Position numbers and translations under genes: made by a program. The notes below the pieces were generated by a model that was given only the letters and a program-made list of their open reading frames with translations, did not search any database and was not told where the DNA came from. This document shows, piece after piece, positions 45,457 through 54,686 of a DNA stretch of 64,000 nt. Source of the DNA: Pseudobdellovibrionaceae bacterium (GTDB lineage: Bacteria; Bdellovibrionota; Bdellovibrionia; Bdellovibrionales; UBA1609); assembly GCA_018663505.1 (NCBI GenBank), contig JABJQG010000003.1, forward strand, positions 100,883 to 164,882, written 5' to 3'. How positions within the stretch are numbered: the first letter of the stretch is position 1; every line of letters begins with the position of its first letter.

Positions 45457-45897
45457 ATGAAAGTAATATTACAAAAAGATGTTAAGGATTTAGGCAAGGT
45501 TGGAGATCTGGTTAATGTAAAGACTGGCTATGCAAGAAATTATCTATTTCCACATAAGTTAGCTATGGAAGCTAGCGAGAAAAAAGAAAATGAGATGGCT
45601 CATCTAAAAAAACTTGCTGAGATTAAACAGAAAAAAGTTTTAGGCGATCGTAAAGAACTTGTTAGTAAAATAGATGGCGTTACAGTAACGTTTAAAATGC
45701 AGGCTTCTGAAGCGGATAAGCTTTTTGGTTCTGTTTCTAGTTTAGAAGTATCTAATGCTCTTTCTAAATTGGGTTTCTCTATTGATAAAAAAGATATTGA
45801 ATTTGAAGCCATTAAAGTTTTGGGTCAGCATAAAGCGACGGTAAACTTAGGTGACGATATTAAGTCTGATTTTTCTATTAATGTAGAGAGAAAATAA
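45457..45897 (+). CDS. rplI: 50S ribosomal protein L9
   Basis: [36 protein letters not shown]. Confidence 0.98.
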   Translation: MKVILQKDVKDLGKVGDLVNVKTGYARNYLFPHKLAMEASEKKENEMAHLKKLAEIKQKKVLGDRKELVSKIDGVTVTFKMQASEADKLFGSVSSLEVSNALSKLGFSIDKKDIEFEAIKVLGQHKATVNLGDDIKSDFSINVERK

Positions 45898-45955
45898 CTC
45901 AAATAATAATTAATTTGAGTTAAAATGCTTAATTGCAATATAGCAGTTTAAAAAT

Positions 45956-45990
45956 AAAAAAAGCCTACTTAAATAAGTGGGCTTTTTTTT
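45956..45990. terminator. Bidirectional intrinsic terminator
   Basis: A-run AGCCTACTT-loop-AAGTGGGC T-run between convergent genes. Confidence 0.85.
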
Positions 45991-46016
45991 ACTTAGCTGG
46001 ATTATTAAAGTCAATT

Positions 46017-46220
46017 TTACGAAATATTAAGCTCGGCCTTTGTGTTAACAAAAGTGTCTTGTAGATATGAAGAGAGCACTTTTCTTAGATCATCCACAGA
46101 AATGTTTGAGGGTTCATATCCAGCAGAAAGAATTAATCTTTTTAACTCTTTTCTTACATTATCTGCAGGTAGGCCAGTGTGTTTTACTAATTGTTCAAAA
46201 GCGTTGTTAGCTTGAGTCAT
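46017..46220 (-). CDS. Small helical hypothetical protein
   Basis: Strong AGGAGGGG RBS; 67 aa. Confidence 0.75.
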   Translation of the reverse strand: MTQANNAFEQLVKHTGLPADNVRKELKRLILSAGYEPSNISVDDLRKVLSSYLQDTFVNTKAELNIS

Positions 46221-46695
46221 TTCCCCTCCTTGGGATTAATTTTAACTTCCTGTCAAAATAGTTAATTAGAGATCAAATTATTTGCTCTCCATGCTGCTGT
46301 ACTACAGCGGTCCATAATCTTGGCTTCAAGTAGTGATTTAAGCCAAGACCTGGATCCTTAAAACAAGTTACTTTACAGTTTCTTGTCTCTGGTATTTTGA
46401 CTAGTTTATTAAAGCAAAGGGTTAAAATATTTCAAAGAAATCTGGGGGAACTGGACTTTAGTAGAAAACTTGGGAGCCCGTTAGGAATTATTTCCAATCT
46501 ATTTAAGTGCACAGGGATTTTTGTTTTAGGCTGTGCTTTTGTTTAAGTAGGGATATGGAGATGGGGTTAAGTAGCTAAGATAAAAGGGAATTAGCTTGAT
46601 TTCTTGTAAGTTAAAATTGGAATTAACGCATATTTACTATTCAAAAAGGGTTAAGGAGGCAATAGTTAATGCAAGAGTAATATAAGGGGGCTTGT

Positions 46696-47271
46696 GTGAA
46701 GCAATTATTTCAAAAAACTCGATTAGCTATTATTACTTTAATGAGTTTATTTACAGTAACTGTTTTTGCTGGCTTGCAGGATCAGGTTAGAGATTGTTAT
46801 GATTCAGCTGAGAACCTGGAGAGAGCAGCGTATTGTGCTGACATGAAGATGGCAGTAGCTGTAGACAACTTATCTAAGCCTAGAGAGCCTGTGAAATTTA
46901 CAACGCTGTTTGGTTGTACAGAAAGTATGAAACCGGTTTTAAGGAAACATATCATTTCAAAAGATGGTGAAATAGTAAGAACCACAGATTTACGCGAGTT
47001 CAGTAATGGATCATCATCTAGAAGAGCATCTGATTGTCGAAAGGCTGCCATAAGTTCTAAATTTCAAATTGCTGATAGAATGAAAGCAGAATGCCAGTGT
47101 TCACATGAAATAAAACCAAGACTGAGATTGGTACTTTTAAGCAGCTCATACAAAGAAGTTAAAAAAATTAGTGTAGGTATTTTCTCAGAAGGGTCGACCT
47201 CAAAAAGAAAATCTGACTGTGAAACAGTAAGCTTACAATCAGCGCTTTGTTTAAATTACCCAAGGGAATAG
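46696..47271 (+). CDS. Secreted Cys-containing hypothetical protein with an internal duplication
   Basis: Signal peptide ending VFA; two C..KP.LR...FS.GS.S.R.SDC repeats. Confidence 0.8.
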   Translation: MKQLFQKTRLAIITLMSLFTVTVFAGLQDQVRDCYDSAENLERAAYCADMKMAVAVDNLSKPREPVKFTTLFGCTESMKPVLRKHIISKDGEIVRTTDLREFSNGSSSRRASDCRKAAISSKFQIADRMKAECQCSHEIKPRLRLVLLSSSYKEVKKISVGIFSEGSTSKRKSDCETVSLQSALCLNYPRE

Positions 47272-47351
47272 CGTTTTATATAATTATATGTTCAGAGTGA
47301 TTAAACGAAGTATAAGAATATTTGGTAATATTAAAATTTATGGTGTGAAAA

Positions 47352-48185
47352 TTAAAGGGATTCAATAGAAAGAGTATTGTTTTCAAAATTAATTTCAACT
47401 ATGGACTGATTTATAAAATTAAAACCAATCAGGCCATGGCGCTTATATTATGTGACTAAGTTGTGATATTTAGCTGGCATTATTTGGAAATTTTTCTTGC
47501 AATAATTTTTAAGGCAAAAAGAACTAGCTTCAACAAAATAACTTTTTTCAACGACGCCATTTACATCGACTATATTGACCGTATTTCCAGTCTTTTTTAG
47601 TTGGAGAAGCCTTTGCAGATTATACGAAATGTCCGATGTACCTCCTCCAGTATCAAATATAAAATGTTTAAAGGTTTTATTGTTAATGCGTATTGGGATT
47701 AATATTTTTTTACCATGCATTAATTGGAATGAGGATGTTGTGGTGAAATTTTTTATGTGTTTAAAGTGAATTTTATTTTTAACAAGATCAATGGTGATGA
47801 TTTTTAACTTTTTTAGAATATCAATTCCTAAGATGCCATCATAACCTGATAATTTTGATCCTGTAAGCTCAATATTCGGCAGTTTTTTTGACCCAATTTG
47901 AAAATGTGGAAGCCTATATATATTTACTTTCTTCCATTTTCTTTGAGCACCAGCAATTTTTGCTTTTCCAATCATTTTAAGATTAAGCTTGTGTGCCCAA
48001 GGCCTGCTTATGGCAGAGAAAGATGCGCCTGTATCTAATAGAAAACGAAGCTTGTGATTACGAATTATAATATCTATATATATTTTTCGTGATTTAACAG
48101 TGAGCTCACTGCCTTTAATAAGACCAGTGGGAAGAAATTTACAGCTTAAAATGAGAAGTGAATAAATGAAAACTTTTTTAGGCAT
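47352..48185 (-). pseudogene. Two-domain retropepsin-like aspartyl protease interrupted by an in-frame TAA at 47448-47450
   Basis: FLLDTGA...DGILG and FIFDTGG; the second GLIG motif lies in frame after the stop. Confidence 0.7.
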
Positions 48186-48204
48186 GATGATAACCAAAAG
48201 GCTT

Positions 48205-49623
48205 TTACCCGCCAGGTGCGAAATTTTTTGGTGCGCCGTTAGATATGGGAGTGACACCTGGTGGGGCCATAGAAGGGGGTGGTGGAGATTCGCCAGGTCC
48301 ACCCATTTCTAAGTTTTTGAAGATGCCTCGTTCTGGTACCCATTTCAGTTTTACTTTACCTGTGGGTCCGTTTCTTTGTTTTCCAATAATAACCTCGGCA
48401 ACGCCCTTAATGTCAGGATTGTCCCGATCGTAGTAATCTTCTCTAAAGAGCATCATGATAATATCTGCATCTTGTTCGATGGAACCAGATTCCCGTAAAT
48501 CAGAAAGCATAGGTCGACGATCTGTTCGACCTTCCACAGATCGGTTTAACTGAGCCAAAGCAAGAACTGGTACTTTTAGTTCTTTTGCGATGGCTTTTAA
48601 AGTTTTTGAAATTTCAGAAACTTCTCGTTCACGAGACTCAATTTTTTGTTTCATAGACATTAATTGAAGGTAATCAATGATAATTAAATCAAGACCTTCT
48701 TTAGCGCTCATACGACGTGCCTTAGCGCGTATCTCAAAGGGGCTTATACCTGAGGTGTCATCTATATAAATACTTGTCTCGGATAACCTAGCGGCACTGT
48801 TGATGAGTTGAGGCCAGGCTTTATCTGAAATTTTACCTACTCTTAAGTCAGAAAGGGATACACTGGAGACAATGGAAAGTAGCCTGGTCATAACGGCCTC
48901 TTTTGCCATCTCTACAGAAAAGTAGGCCACTTTCTTCTTTTCATTTAAGGCGGCATGTAAGGCTAAGTTTAAACTAAATGCAGTTTTACCCATGGATGGA
49001 CGAGCAGCAATAATGGTCATCTCACCAGGTTGAAATCCAGCTGTCATTTCATCCAGTTCTAAAAAACCAGAAGGTACCCCAGTAACCTCACCTTGGTTGG
49101 CATAAAGTTCTTCAAGTTTTTCTAAAGAAGCTTTCACTAGCTCGGATGCTCCTACCAAGCCTGCTTGAGTACGGTTTTCTGCAATAGAAAATATTTCTGC
49201 TTCAGCACCATCAATAAAAGAATGGATATCGTCAAAGTCCTGCTCATAGGCTTTACCTATGATACCAGTTGAAGTACTGATTACTTTTCTGATTAATGAC
49301 TTCTCATTTACAATTTTAGCATAGTAAGTGATGTTGGCAGAAGAGGGTGTGAACTCAATAATCTCTGCAAGGTAGGGAGCACCACCGACCTGTTCTAATT
49401 CTTGAGAATCCATAAGGTAATTGGAAATAGTAATTAAGTCAGTGGGTTGACCTTTTTTATTTAATTCGAAAATAGCATGATATATTTTTCTGTGGGCTGG
49501 TTTATAGAAATCTTGTTCAGAAACTAGTTCTGTGATTTCATCCCAAGCGTCTTGGTCTAACATCAGACCGCCGAGAATAGATTTCTCAGCGTCTAGATTT
49601 TGTGGTGGCACTTTATTATCCAT
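48205..49623 (-). CDS. dnaB: Replicative DNA helicase
   Basis: PPQNLDAE, AARPSMGKT, IDYLQL, DLRESGSIEQDAD, KQRNGPTG. Confidence 0.98.
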   Translation of the reverse strand: MDNKVPPQNLDAEKSILGGLMLDQDAWDEITELVSEQDFYKPAHRKIYHAIFELNKKGQPTDLITISNYLMDSQELEQVGGAPYLAEIIEFTPSSANITYYAKIVNEKSLIRKVISTSTGIIGKAYEQDFDDIHSFIDGAEAEIFSIAENRTQAGLVGASELVKASLEKLEELYANQGEVTGVPSGFLELDEMTAGFQPGEMTIIAARPSMGKTAFSLNLALHAALNEKKKVAYFSVEMAKEAVMTRLLSIVSSVSLSDLRVGKISDKAWPQLINSAARLSETSIYIDDTSGISPFEIRAKARRMSAKEGLDLIIIDYLQLMSMKQKIESREREVSEISKTLKAIAKELKVPVLALAQLNRSVEGRTDRRPMLSDLRESGSIEQDADIIMMLFREDYYDRDNPDIKGVAEVIIGKQRNGPTGKVKLKWVPERGIFKNLEMGGPGESPPPPSMAPPGVTPISNGAPKNFAPGG

Positions 49624-49734
49624 TATTATCCCCAGAATAAAATTGTGGGCCAAAATCATGGAGGTTATCTAAGAGGGCCACCCACCGGTGTCACATTATT
49701 GATGACTTAGTAGAAGTCAAAAAAGTGATAAATA

Positions 49735-50028
49735 TTAGTTTTTAAATTGAATATTGTAGTTATCAATTTTCTTTTTAAGAGTATTTCTATTAATACCTAA
49801 CATTTGAGCCGTACGTACTTGGTTGTTACGATTAGCTCTTAGAGAAAGCTCAATTAAAGGCTTTTCTACTTGCTCCATAAATACTTTATATAAACCGTTA
49901 AGCTCTACTTGAGCTTCAGATTGTTGGTCAAATAAAACCTCTAGTTTACTTTTTACAAGATTTTCCAAACTAACTGACTGAAGATTATCGACAAAAAGAT
50001 GATTAGAATTATTCAACTCTGTTGACAT
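49735..50028 (-). CDS. Fis-like HTH protein
   Basis: VEKPLI...NQVRTAQMLGINRNTLKKKI; AGGAG RBS. Confidence 0.88.
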   Translation of the reverse strand: MSTELNNSNHLFVDNLQSVSLENLVKSKLEVLFDQQSEAQVELNGLYKVFMEQVEKPLIELSLRANRNNQVRTAQMLGINRNTLKKKIDNYNIQFKN

Positions 50029-50051
50029 GAACGAGTTCTCCTTTTTAATGA

Positions 50052-50690
50052 TTAAACACCACGATCTGTAGAAGACCAAATATACTTATGTTGCTGCAAA
50101 TGCAACCTTACTTTTATTTTTTTTAAAAGAATCTTTTCTGCCAGCCACTTTTCATCATGATTATCAAATGACGGACTATATAAAATCGGGCTATGTGCAT
50201 TTGAAAGGTGTTTGGCCACAAAATCGTTAGACCAATAAAAATCATCTTCGTTGCAGATCACAAATTTAAACTCGGTATTGACATCCTGGTATTTTAAATT
50301 TCTTTCGTCAAAACTGTCCTTAGCCCCACTAGCAGGTGTTTTTATGTCGATGACTTTTTTAACTCTAGAGTCAACTTTATCACAAAAAATTTGCCCACTA
50401 GTTTCTAGGGAAACAATATAATCTAGATCACATAGTTTTTTCATAAAGGCATAAATATTTTTTTGGATCAGTGGTTCTCCACCTGTAATACATACATACT
50501 TAGTGCCATGACTTTTTATCTCTGCAAAAAGTTGTTCTGAGGTGTAATCATCACCTTCTTCGTATGAGTATTTAGTATCACAATAAGTACAGCGTAGAGG
50601 ACAACCTGTGGTTCTCACAAATACAGTGGGAAGGCCAGCATAGGTGGACTCTCCCTGGATGGAATAGAAAATTTCATTGATTTTAAGCAT
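50052..50690 (-). CDS. queE: 7-carboxy-7-deazaguanine synthase (radical SAM)
   Basis: EIFYSIQGE, CPLRCTYCDT, TGGEP, LQQHK. Confidence 0.88.
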   Translation of the reverse strand: MLKINEIFYSIQGESTYAGLPTVFVRTTGCPLRCTYCDTKYSYEEGDDYTSEQLFAEIKSHGTKYVCITGGEPLIQKNIYAFMKKLCDLDYIVSLETSGQIFCDKVDSRVKKVIDIKTPASGAKDSFDERNLKYQDVNTEFKFVICNEDDFYWSNDFVAKHLSNAHSPILYSPSFDNHDEKWLAEKILLKKIKVRLHLQQHKYIWSSTDRGV

Positions 50691-50701
50691 TGTGTACATT
50701 T

Positions 50702-50730
50702 GATTTAGTGAATCCATGGCCCTTAGTCAA
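50702..50730 (-). promoter_or_regulatory. Putative sigma70 promoter of queE-fis
   Basis: TTGACT-N17-TAAATC on the minus strand. Confidence 0.4.
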
Positions 50731-50781
50731 GACCACAGAGTAAGTGTAGTCAGATTTACACAGTTCATTTAACATATTAAT

Positions 50782-53259
50782 ATGAATAGACTTCTTAAGA
50801 AATTTAAACGAGATATTATAGCCATTGTCTGGGTGATGATGGGCTTATTTGTTGGCCTATCTTTGTACTCATATAACCCCCTAGATCCTTCTTTTCATTC
50901 TTCCAGTACATCATCCATTGTAACAAACTATTGTGGATATTTTGGTTCTTTTTTAGCAGATCTGATGTATCAGTTTTTTGGCTTAAGTGCATGGATATTT
51001 GTACTTGGTGCGGTAAAGGTTTCATTTAATATTTTCACAGCACGTGATTTATTATGGGGTAAGTTTAGAATACTGTGGGGCGGTATTCTTATTTTTACAT
51101 TTGCTAGTCTTATTGGACTATACTGGCCCGAAGAGAAAATTTTTGATAACAGTATTCATCTATCAGGAATAACCGGGCTACTATTTTCTTCTTCGTTGCA
51201 AAAACTTTTTAACACAGCTGGGACTAGTGTCCTGTTGTGGTCATCGGCGATAGTGCTTTTTGTATTTTATACAGAAAAAACAGTGTATGAAATTTTGGAA
51301 AGCTCTAGACGTACTTCTGTAAGCTTTTTGTCTTTTGTAGGCACTAGCTTGTGGACCTTGGGTCTAGGTTTAATTCAATTTATTAAGATTCCTTCGTCAT
51401 TTAAGTATAGACGAAAAGTAAGACCAACAAAAGTGGCAAGCGAAGAAGAGTACGAATATGAAGGTGAAGTAGAAGAAGCAGCTGAAGAGAGTGAATTTTT
51501 ATTAGAAGATGATGCTGACACACAGGCTCGTGATTTTGCAATTATGGAAGAAGTGGATGAGGAAGAAGAAACAAATTTTGTGATTGAAACTCCTAAAGCT
51601 AAGTCGGGCTTGTTTTCATTTAATAAAAAAGAAGAATCTAAGAAGTCTAGGTTCTTTAAGTTTGATAAGAAATCGGCGTCGGCTAAGTCTAAGAAAAGAA
51701 AGAAATTAAAAATTAACTCTGCTATTAAAACACGAATTGAAAATTGGGAGTTACCTAAACTTTCATTTTTAGCAGATCCACCTATAGATCCTGAGAGTGT
51801 TTCTGAGAAAGAGTTAGCAAATAAAGCCAGGCTGTTAACAGAAAAGTTAGCGCAATTTAATATTGGTGGTGAAATTAAAGCCATAAAACCCGGCCCTGCA
51901 GTGACTATGTTTGAGTTTAAACCTAGTGCTGATGTTAAAATTTCAAAAATTTTAGATTTGGCAGACGATCTTTGTTTAGCATTAAGTAGTGAGTCTGTAC
52001 GTATCATTGCCCCTATTCCGGGTCGAAATGTTGTGGGAATTGAAACCTCCAATAGTGTGCAGTCCACAGTTTATTTGAAAGAAGTGATTGCTATAGATGA
52101 GTTTTGGTCAGAGGACATAAAGTTACCAGTACCCTTAGGACAACAAGCTAATGGAGAACCAAAAGTTGTTGATTTAAGGAAAATGCCACATTTACTCGTG
52201 GCAGGAACAACTGGCTCTGGAAAATCGGTATTTGTGGTCTCAATTTTGACAGCCTTAATTTATAGGCATTCACCAAAAACTTTAAGGTTAATTTTAGTTG
52301 ATCCCAAGCAAGTGGATCTTTCTTTATTTGACGGAATCCCTCACTTGATTATGCCTACCATTAAAGAAGCTCAAAAATCTGTTATTGCTCTAAGGTGGTC
52401 CATCCGAGAAATGGAAAAACGTTATCGTTCTATGTCACAGTTTGGGGCTCGTAACTTAGAATCTTTTAATGAAAAAACAGAGGCTCTAACAGATGAGCAA
52501 CTCAAAGAACATGCTGAGATTAATGCTCAGTTTGAAGAAGAAGGTAAGATTTCAGAAATGTATTTCTACGAGCCACAACCCTATATTGTAATAGTGGTTG
52601 AAGAGTTTGGTGACTTGATGGCAGTGGATAAAGCAAACGTGGAACAAGGTGTTGTGCGTTTAGCCCAAATGGCTAGGGCAGCTGGAATACATTTAATTTT
52701 AGCTATGCAATCTCCAAGAAAAGATGTGGTTACTGGTTTAATAAAAACCAATATTCCAGGAAGAATTAGTTTTAAAGTGGCATCCAAGTTAGATTCACGC
52801 GTGATTCTAGATGAGTCAGGTGCTGAACGATTATTAGCTCGAGGGGATATGTTATTTTTAGCTCCTGGAGTCTCTAAACCTCAACGACATCACGGAGCAT
52901 GGTTAACCGAAGATGAAATTAGCACAGTGATCCGTTTTTGGTCTAATCAAGGGGAGCCTGAGTATGATGAGCTTGCAATCAACGCCTTAGATGGAACAGG
53001 TGGCGGATTTGAGCTTGGCGGTTTAGGTGGTGATTCTGAAAAATCAGGAGATGATGAGTATGATGAGAGGTATGATGAGATTGTTTCCTTTATCTCTAGT
53101 CAGAAAACAGTGAGCGCTTCATTTTTACAAAGAAAATTTCGTTTAGGCTACCCAAGAGCAGCAAGGGTTATTGAGGTATTAGAATCTGAGGGCGTTGTTG
53201 GCCCGGCAAGTGGATCCAAGCCCAGAAAAGTTCTTATTAATTCCTATGAGGAAAAATGA
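50782..53259 (+). CDS. ftsK: DNA translocase FtsK
   Basis: 4TM N-domain, PHLLVAGTTGSGKS, RLAQMARAAGIH, gamma domain LQRKFRLGYPRAAR. Confidence 0.97.
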   Translation: MNRLLKKFKRDIIAIVWVMMGLFVGLSLYSYNPLDPSFHSSSTSSIVTNYCGYFGSFLADLMYQFFGLSAWIFVLGAVKVSFNIFTARDLLWGKFRILWGGILIFTFASLIGLYWPEEKIFDNSIHLSGITGLLFSSSLQKLFNTAGTSVLLWSSAIVLFVFYTEKTVYEILESSRRTSVSFLSFVGTSLWTLGLGLIQFIKIPSSFKYRRKVRPTKVASEEEYEYEGEVEEAAEESEFLLEDDADTQARDFAIMEEVDEEEETNFVIETPKAKSGLFSFNKKEESKKSRFFKFDKKSASAKSKKRKKLKINSAIKTRIENWELPKLSFLADPPIDPESVSEKELANKARLLTEKLAQFNIGGEIKAIKPGPAVTMFEFKPSADVKISKILDLADDLCLALSSESVRIIAPIPGRNVVGIETSNSVQSTVYLKEVIAIDEFWSEDIKLPVPLGQQANGEPKVVDLRKMPHLLVAGTTGSGKSVFVVSILTALIYRHSPKTLRLILVDPKQVDLSLFDGIPHLIMPTIKEAQKSVIALRWSIREMEKRYRSMSQFGARNLESFNEKTEALTDEQLKEHAEINAQFEEEGKISEMYFYEPQPYIVIVVEEFGDLMAVDKANVEQGVVRLAQMARAAGIHLILAMQSPRKDVVTGLIKTNIPGRISFKVASKLDSRVILDESGAERLLARGDMLFLAPGVSKPQRHHGAWLTEDEISTVIRFWSNQGEPEYDELAINALDGTGGGFELGGLGGDSEKSGDDEYDERYDEIVSFISSQKTVSASFLQRKFRLGYPRAARVIEVLESEGVVGPASGSKPRKVLINSYEEK

Positions 53260-53591
53260 AATATTTTTGCTTTATAATTGCAATAGGGTTTCAGGTGGTA
53301 ACTACACAGGCTGCCATCACTGAACTGAGTTGTGAACTGAGTGAGAATTATCAGTTAATGAGAAAATCAAAACTTAAAATTAAAGATAAAACCTCCATGG
53401 TGTTTTATGACAAAGAAGCCTACAGAATTAATATTAAGAGCTTGGGAGGGAATACATATGAATATGAATTTTATGACAGAACTCTACCTAGCAAATACTA
53501 TACAACGGGCGTATTAAACGAAAGTAATAATTTATTAAAATTCGAAACCTGGAGTAGAGATCTGTTAATTTCTTTTAAATGTAGACGGTAA
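53256..53591 (+). CDS. Secreted hypothetical protein
   Basis: Signal peptide, terminal Cys pair; ATGA overlap with ftsK. Confidence 0.7.
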   Translation: MKYFCFIIAIGFQVVTTQAAITELSCELSENYQLMRKSKLKIKDKTSMVFYDKEAYRINIKSLGGNTYEYEFYDRTLPSKYYTTGVLNESNNLLKFETWSRDLLISFKCRR

Positions 53592-53714
53592 ATAGATTGC
53601 TTGGTTATCGGTGGCTGATAGGTTTCAGAGTGGTGTATCTTATGTAAATCTTATGACGCTGTAAGTCCCAAAGGTGAGCTGGCACCTTACGAAAGTCCAG
53701 ATTGGGCTGTGCTT

Positions 53715-53730
53715 TGGTCAATGTGTTGCA
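53715..53730 (+). promoter_or_regulatory. Putative sigma54 promoter
   Basis: TGG-N8-TTGCA (GG-N10-GC). Confidence 0.45.
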
Positions 53731-53792
53731 ACGGATTTTGATCAATGTTGCGATGATAAAAAATAAAATAATTTTTCTATAAGGAGATAACT

Positions 53793-54368
53793 ATGAAAAT
53801 CATTTTAGCTTTATTAGTGTCAGTATTAGCTGCACCGAGCATTGCCGCAGAATTAAATATTACTTCAATTTTTAATTATGCAAAATTACAACAAACAGTA
53901 ATGGATCAAGCGGAAACGCAAAATTTAGGTTGGAAAGTTGGCGATAGTGCTGATTACTCAATCAATATGGGATTTATTAAGGGAACAATGAAGTCTTTTG
54001 TTAGAGAAGAAACTTCTGAGGGATATTGGGTTGAGCAAAATGTTGATCTAATGATTCAAAAATCAAAAGTTGAAATTCTTTTTGATAAAGCAACAGGTCA
54101 AGTTCTTCAGTTCTTAGTAAATGGCCAGAAACAAGAAATGCCAAACCCTGAAGATCAAGAAATTGTGGATATGCAAGAAGCGAATATTACTGTTCCTGCT
54201 GGAACTTTTGATTGTATATACGTGAAAATTCTTAATAAAAAGGATAACAGCGAATCTGAAGCTTGGATTAATCCAAATGAAATTCCAATATCTGGTTTGT
54301 TAAAGCAGCTTTCAAATAGCCAGTTTGGTAAAGTGACTGTTGAGCTTAAATCTTTCCAAAAAAACTAA
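53793..54368 (+). CDS. Secreted beta-rich protein (DUF3108-like)
   Basis: Signal peptide; ITVPAGTFDC motif; AAGGAG RBS. Confidence 0.75.
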   Translation: MKIILALLVSVLAAPSIAAELNITSIFNYAKLQQTVMDQAETQNLGWKVGDSADYSINMGFIKGTMKSFVREETSEGYWVEQNVDLMIQKSKVEILFDKATGQVLQFLVNGQKQEMPNPEDQEIVDMQEANITVPAGTFDCIYVKILNKKDNSESEAWINPNEIPISGLLKQLSNSQFGKVTVELKSFQKN

Positions 54369-54401
54369 TTTGACCATAATAGTTATAATTTCAATTTAAT
54401 T

Positions 54402-54433
54402 AAAAAGGCTGTATTTCTTACAGCCTTTTTTTT
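54402..54433 (+). terminator. Intrinsic terminator
   Basis: AAAAAGGCTGTA-loop-TACAGCC followed by T8. Confidence 0.88.
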
Positions 54434-54445
54434 ATACTCATACCC

Positions 54446-54661
54446 ATGATTCGTTTATTACTAATTTGTAGTTTTATTTATTTGTCAGCTTGTGGGGTCA
54501 AAGGTCCTCCTAGGCCACCTTTAAAACCTTCAGTGCTGGGCCGTGGAAAACCACATTTTCAAGGTGCAACAAAGGAAATGGCTTATGATAAGATTCCGTC
54601 TTTGGATATACAAAAAACTGATGATGATGAAGACAAAGTGAATACAAAAAAGAAAAAATAG
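54446..54661 (+). CDS. LptM/YifL-like small lipoprotein
   Basis: LSACGVKGPP, like CGxKGPL; upstream of lysine-pathway genes. Confidence 0.65.
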   Translation: MIRLLLICSFIYLSACGVKGPPRPPLKPSVLGRGKPHFQGATKEMAYDKIPSLDIQKTDDDEDKVNTKKKK

Positions 54662-54686
54662 TACGAGAATTCAAAGGAAGGTTATT

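Noticed and set aside
46505-46540. GCACAGGG resembling the start of a c-di-GMP-I riboswitch
   Set aside because: Lacks GCAAA, the GNRA tetraloop/receptor and the second stem; only a simple GCACAG/CTGTGC hairpin
48186-48302. N-terminal extensions in the ORF track (protease into dnaB; also pdxA, the 38173 lipoprotein, dnaB, queE, gyrB)
   Set aside because: They overlap neighbouring genes or promoters; downstream starts fit the RBS, signal peptide or family N-terminus better
51375-52067. 230-aa ORF antisense to ftsK, and the other antisense or nested ORFs in the track (e.g. 438-821, 20467-20901, 29553-29945)
   Set aside because: Shadows of well-conserved genes; Ser/Phe-rich with no motifs or RBS
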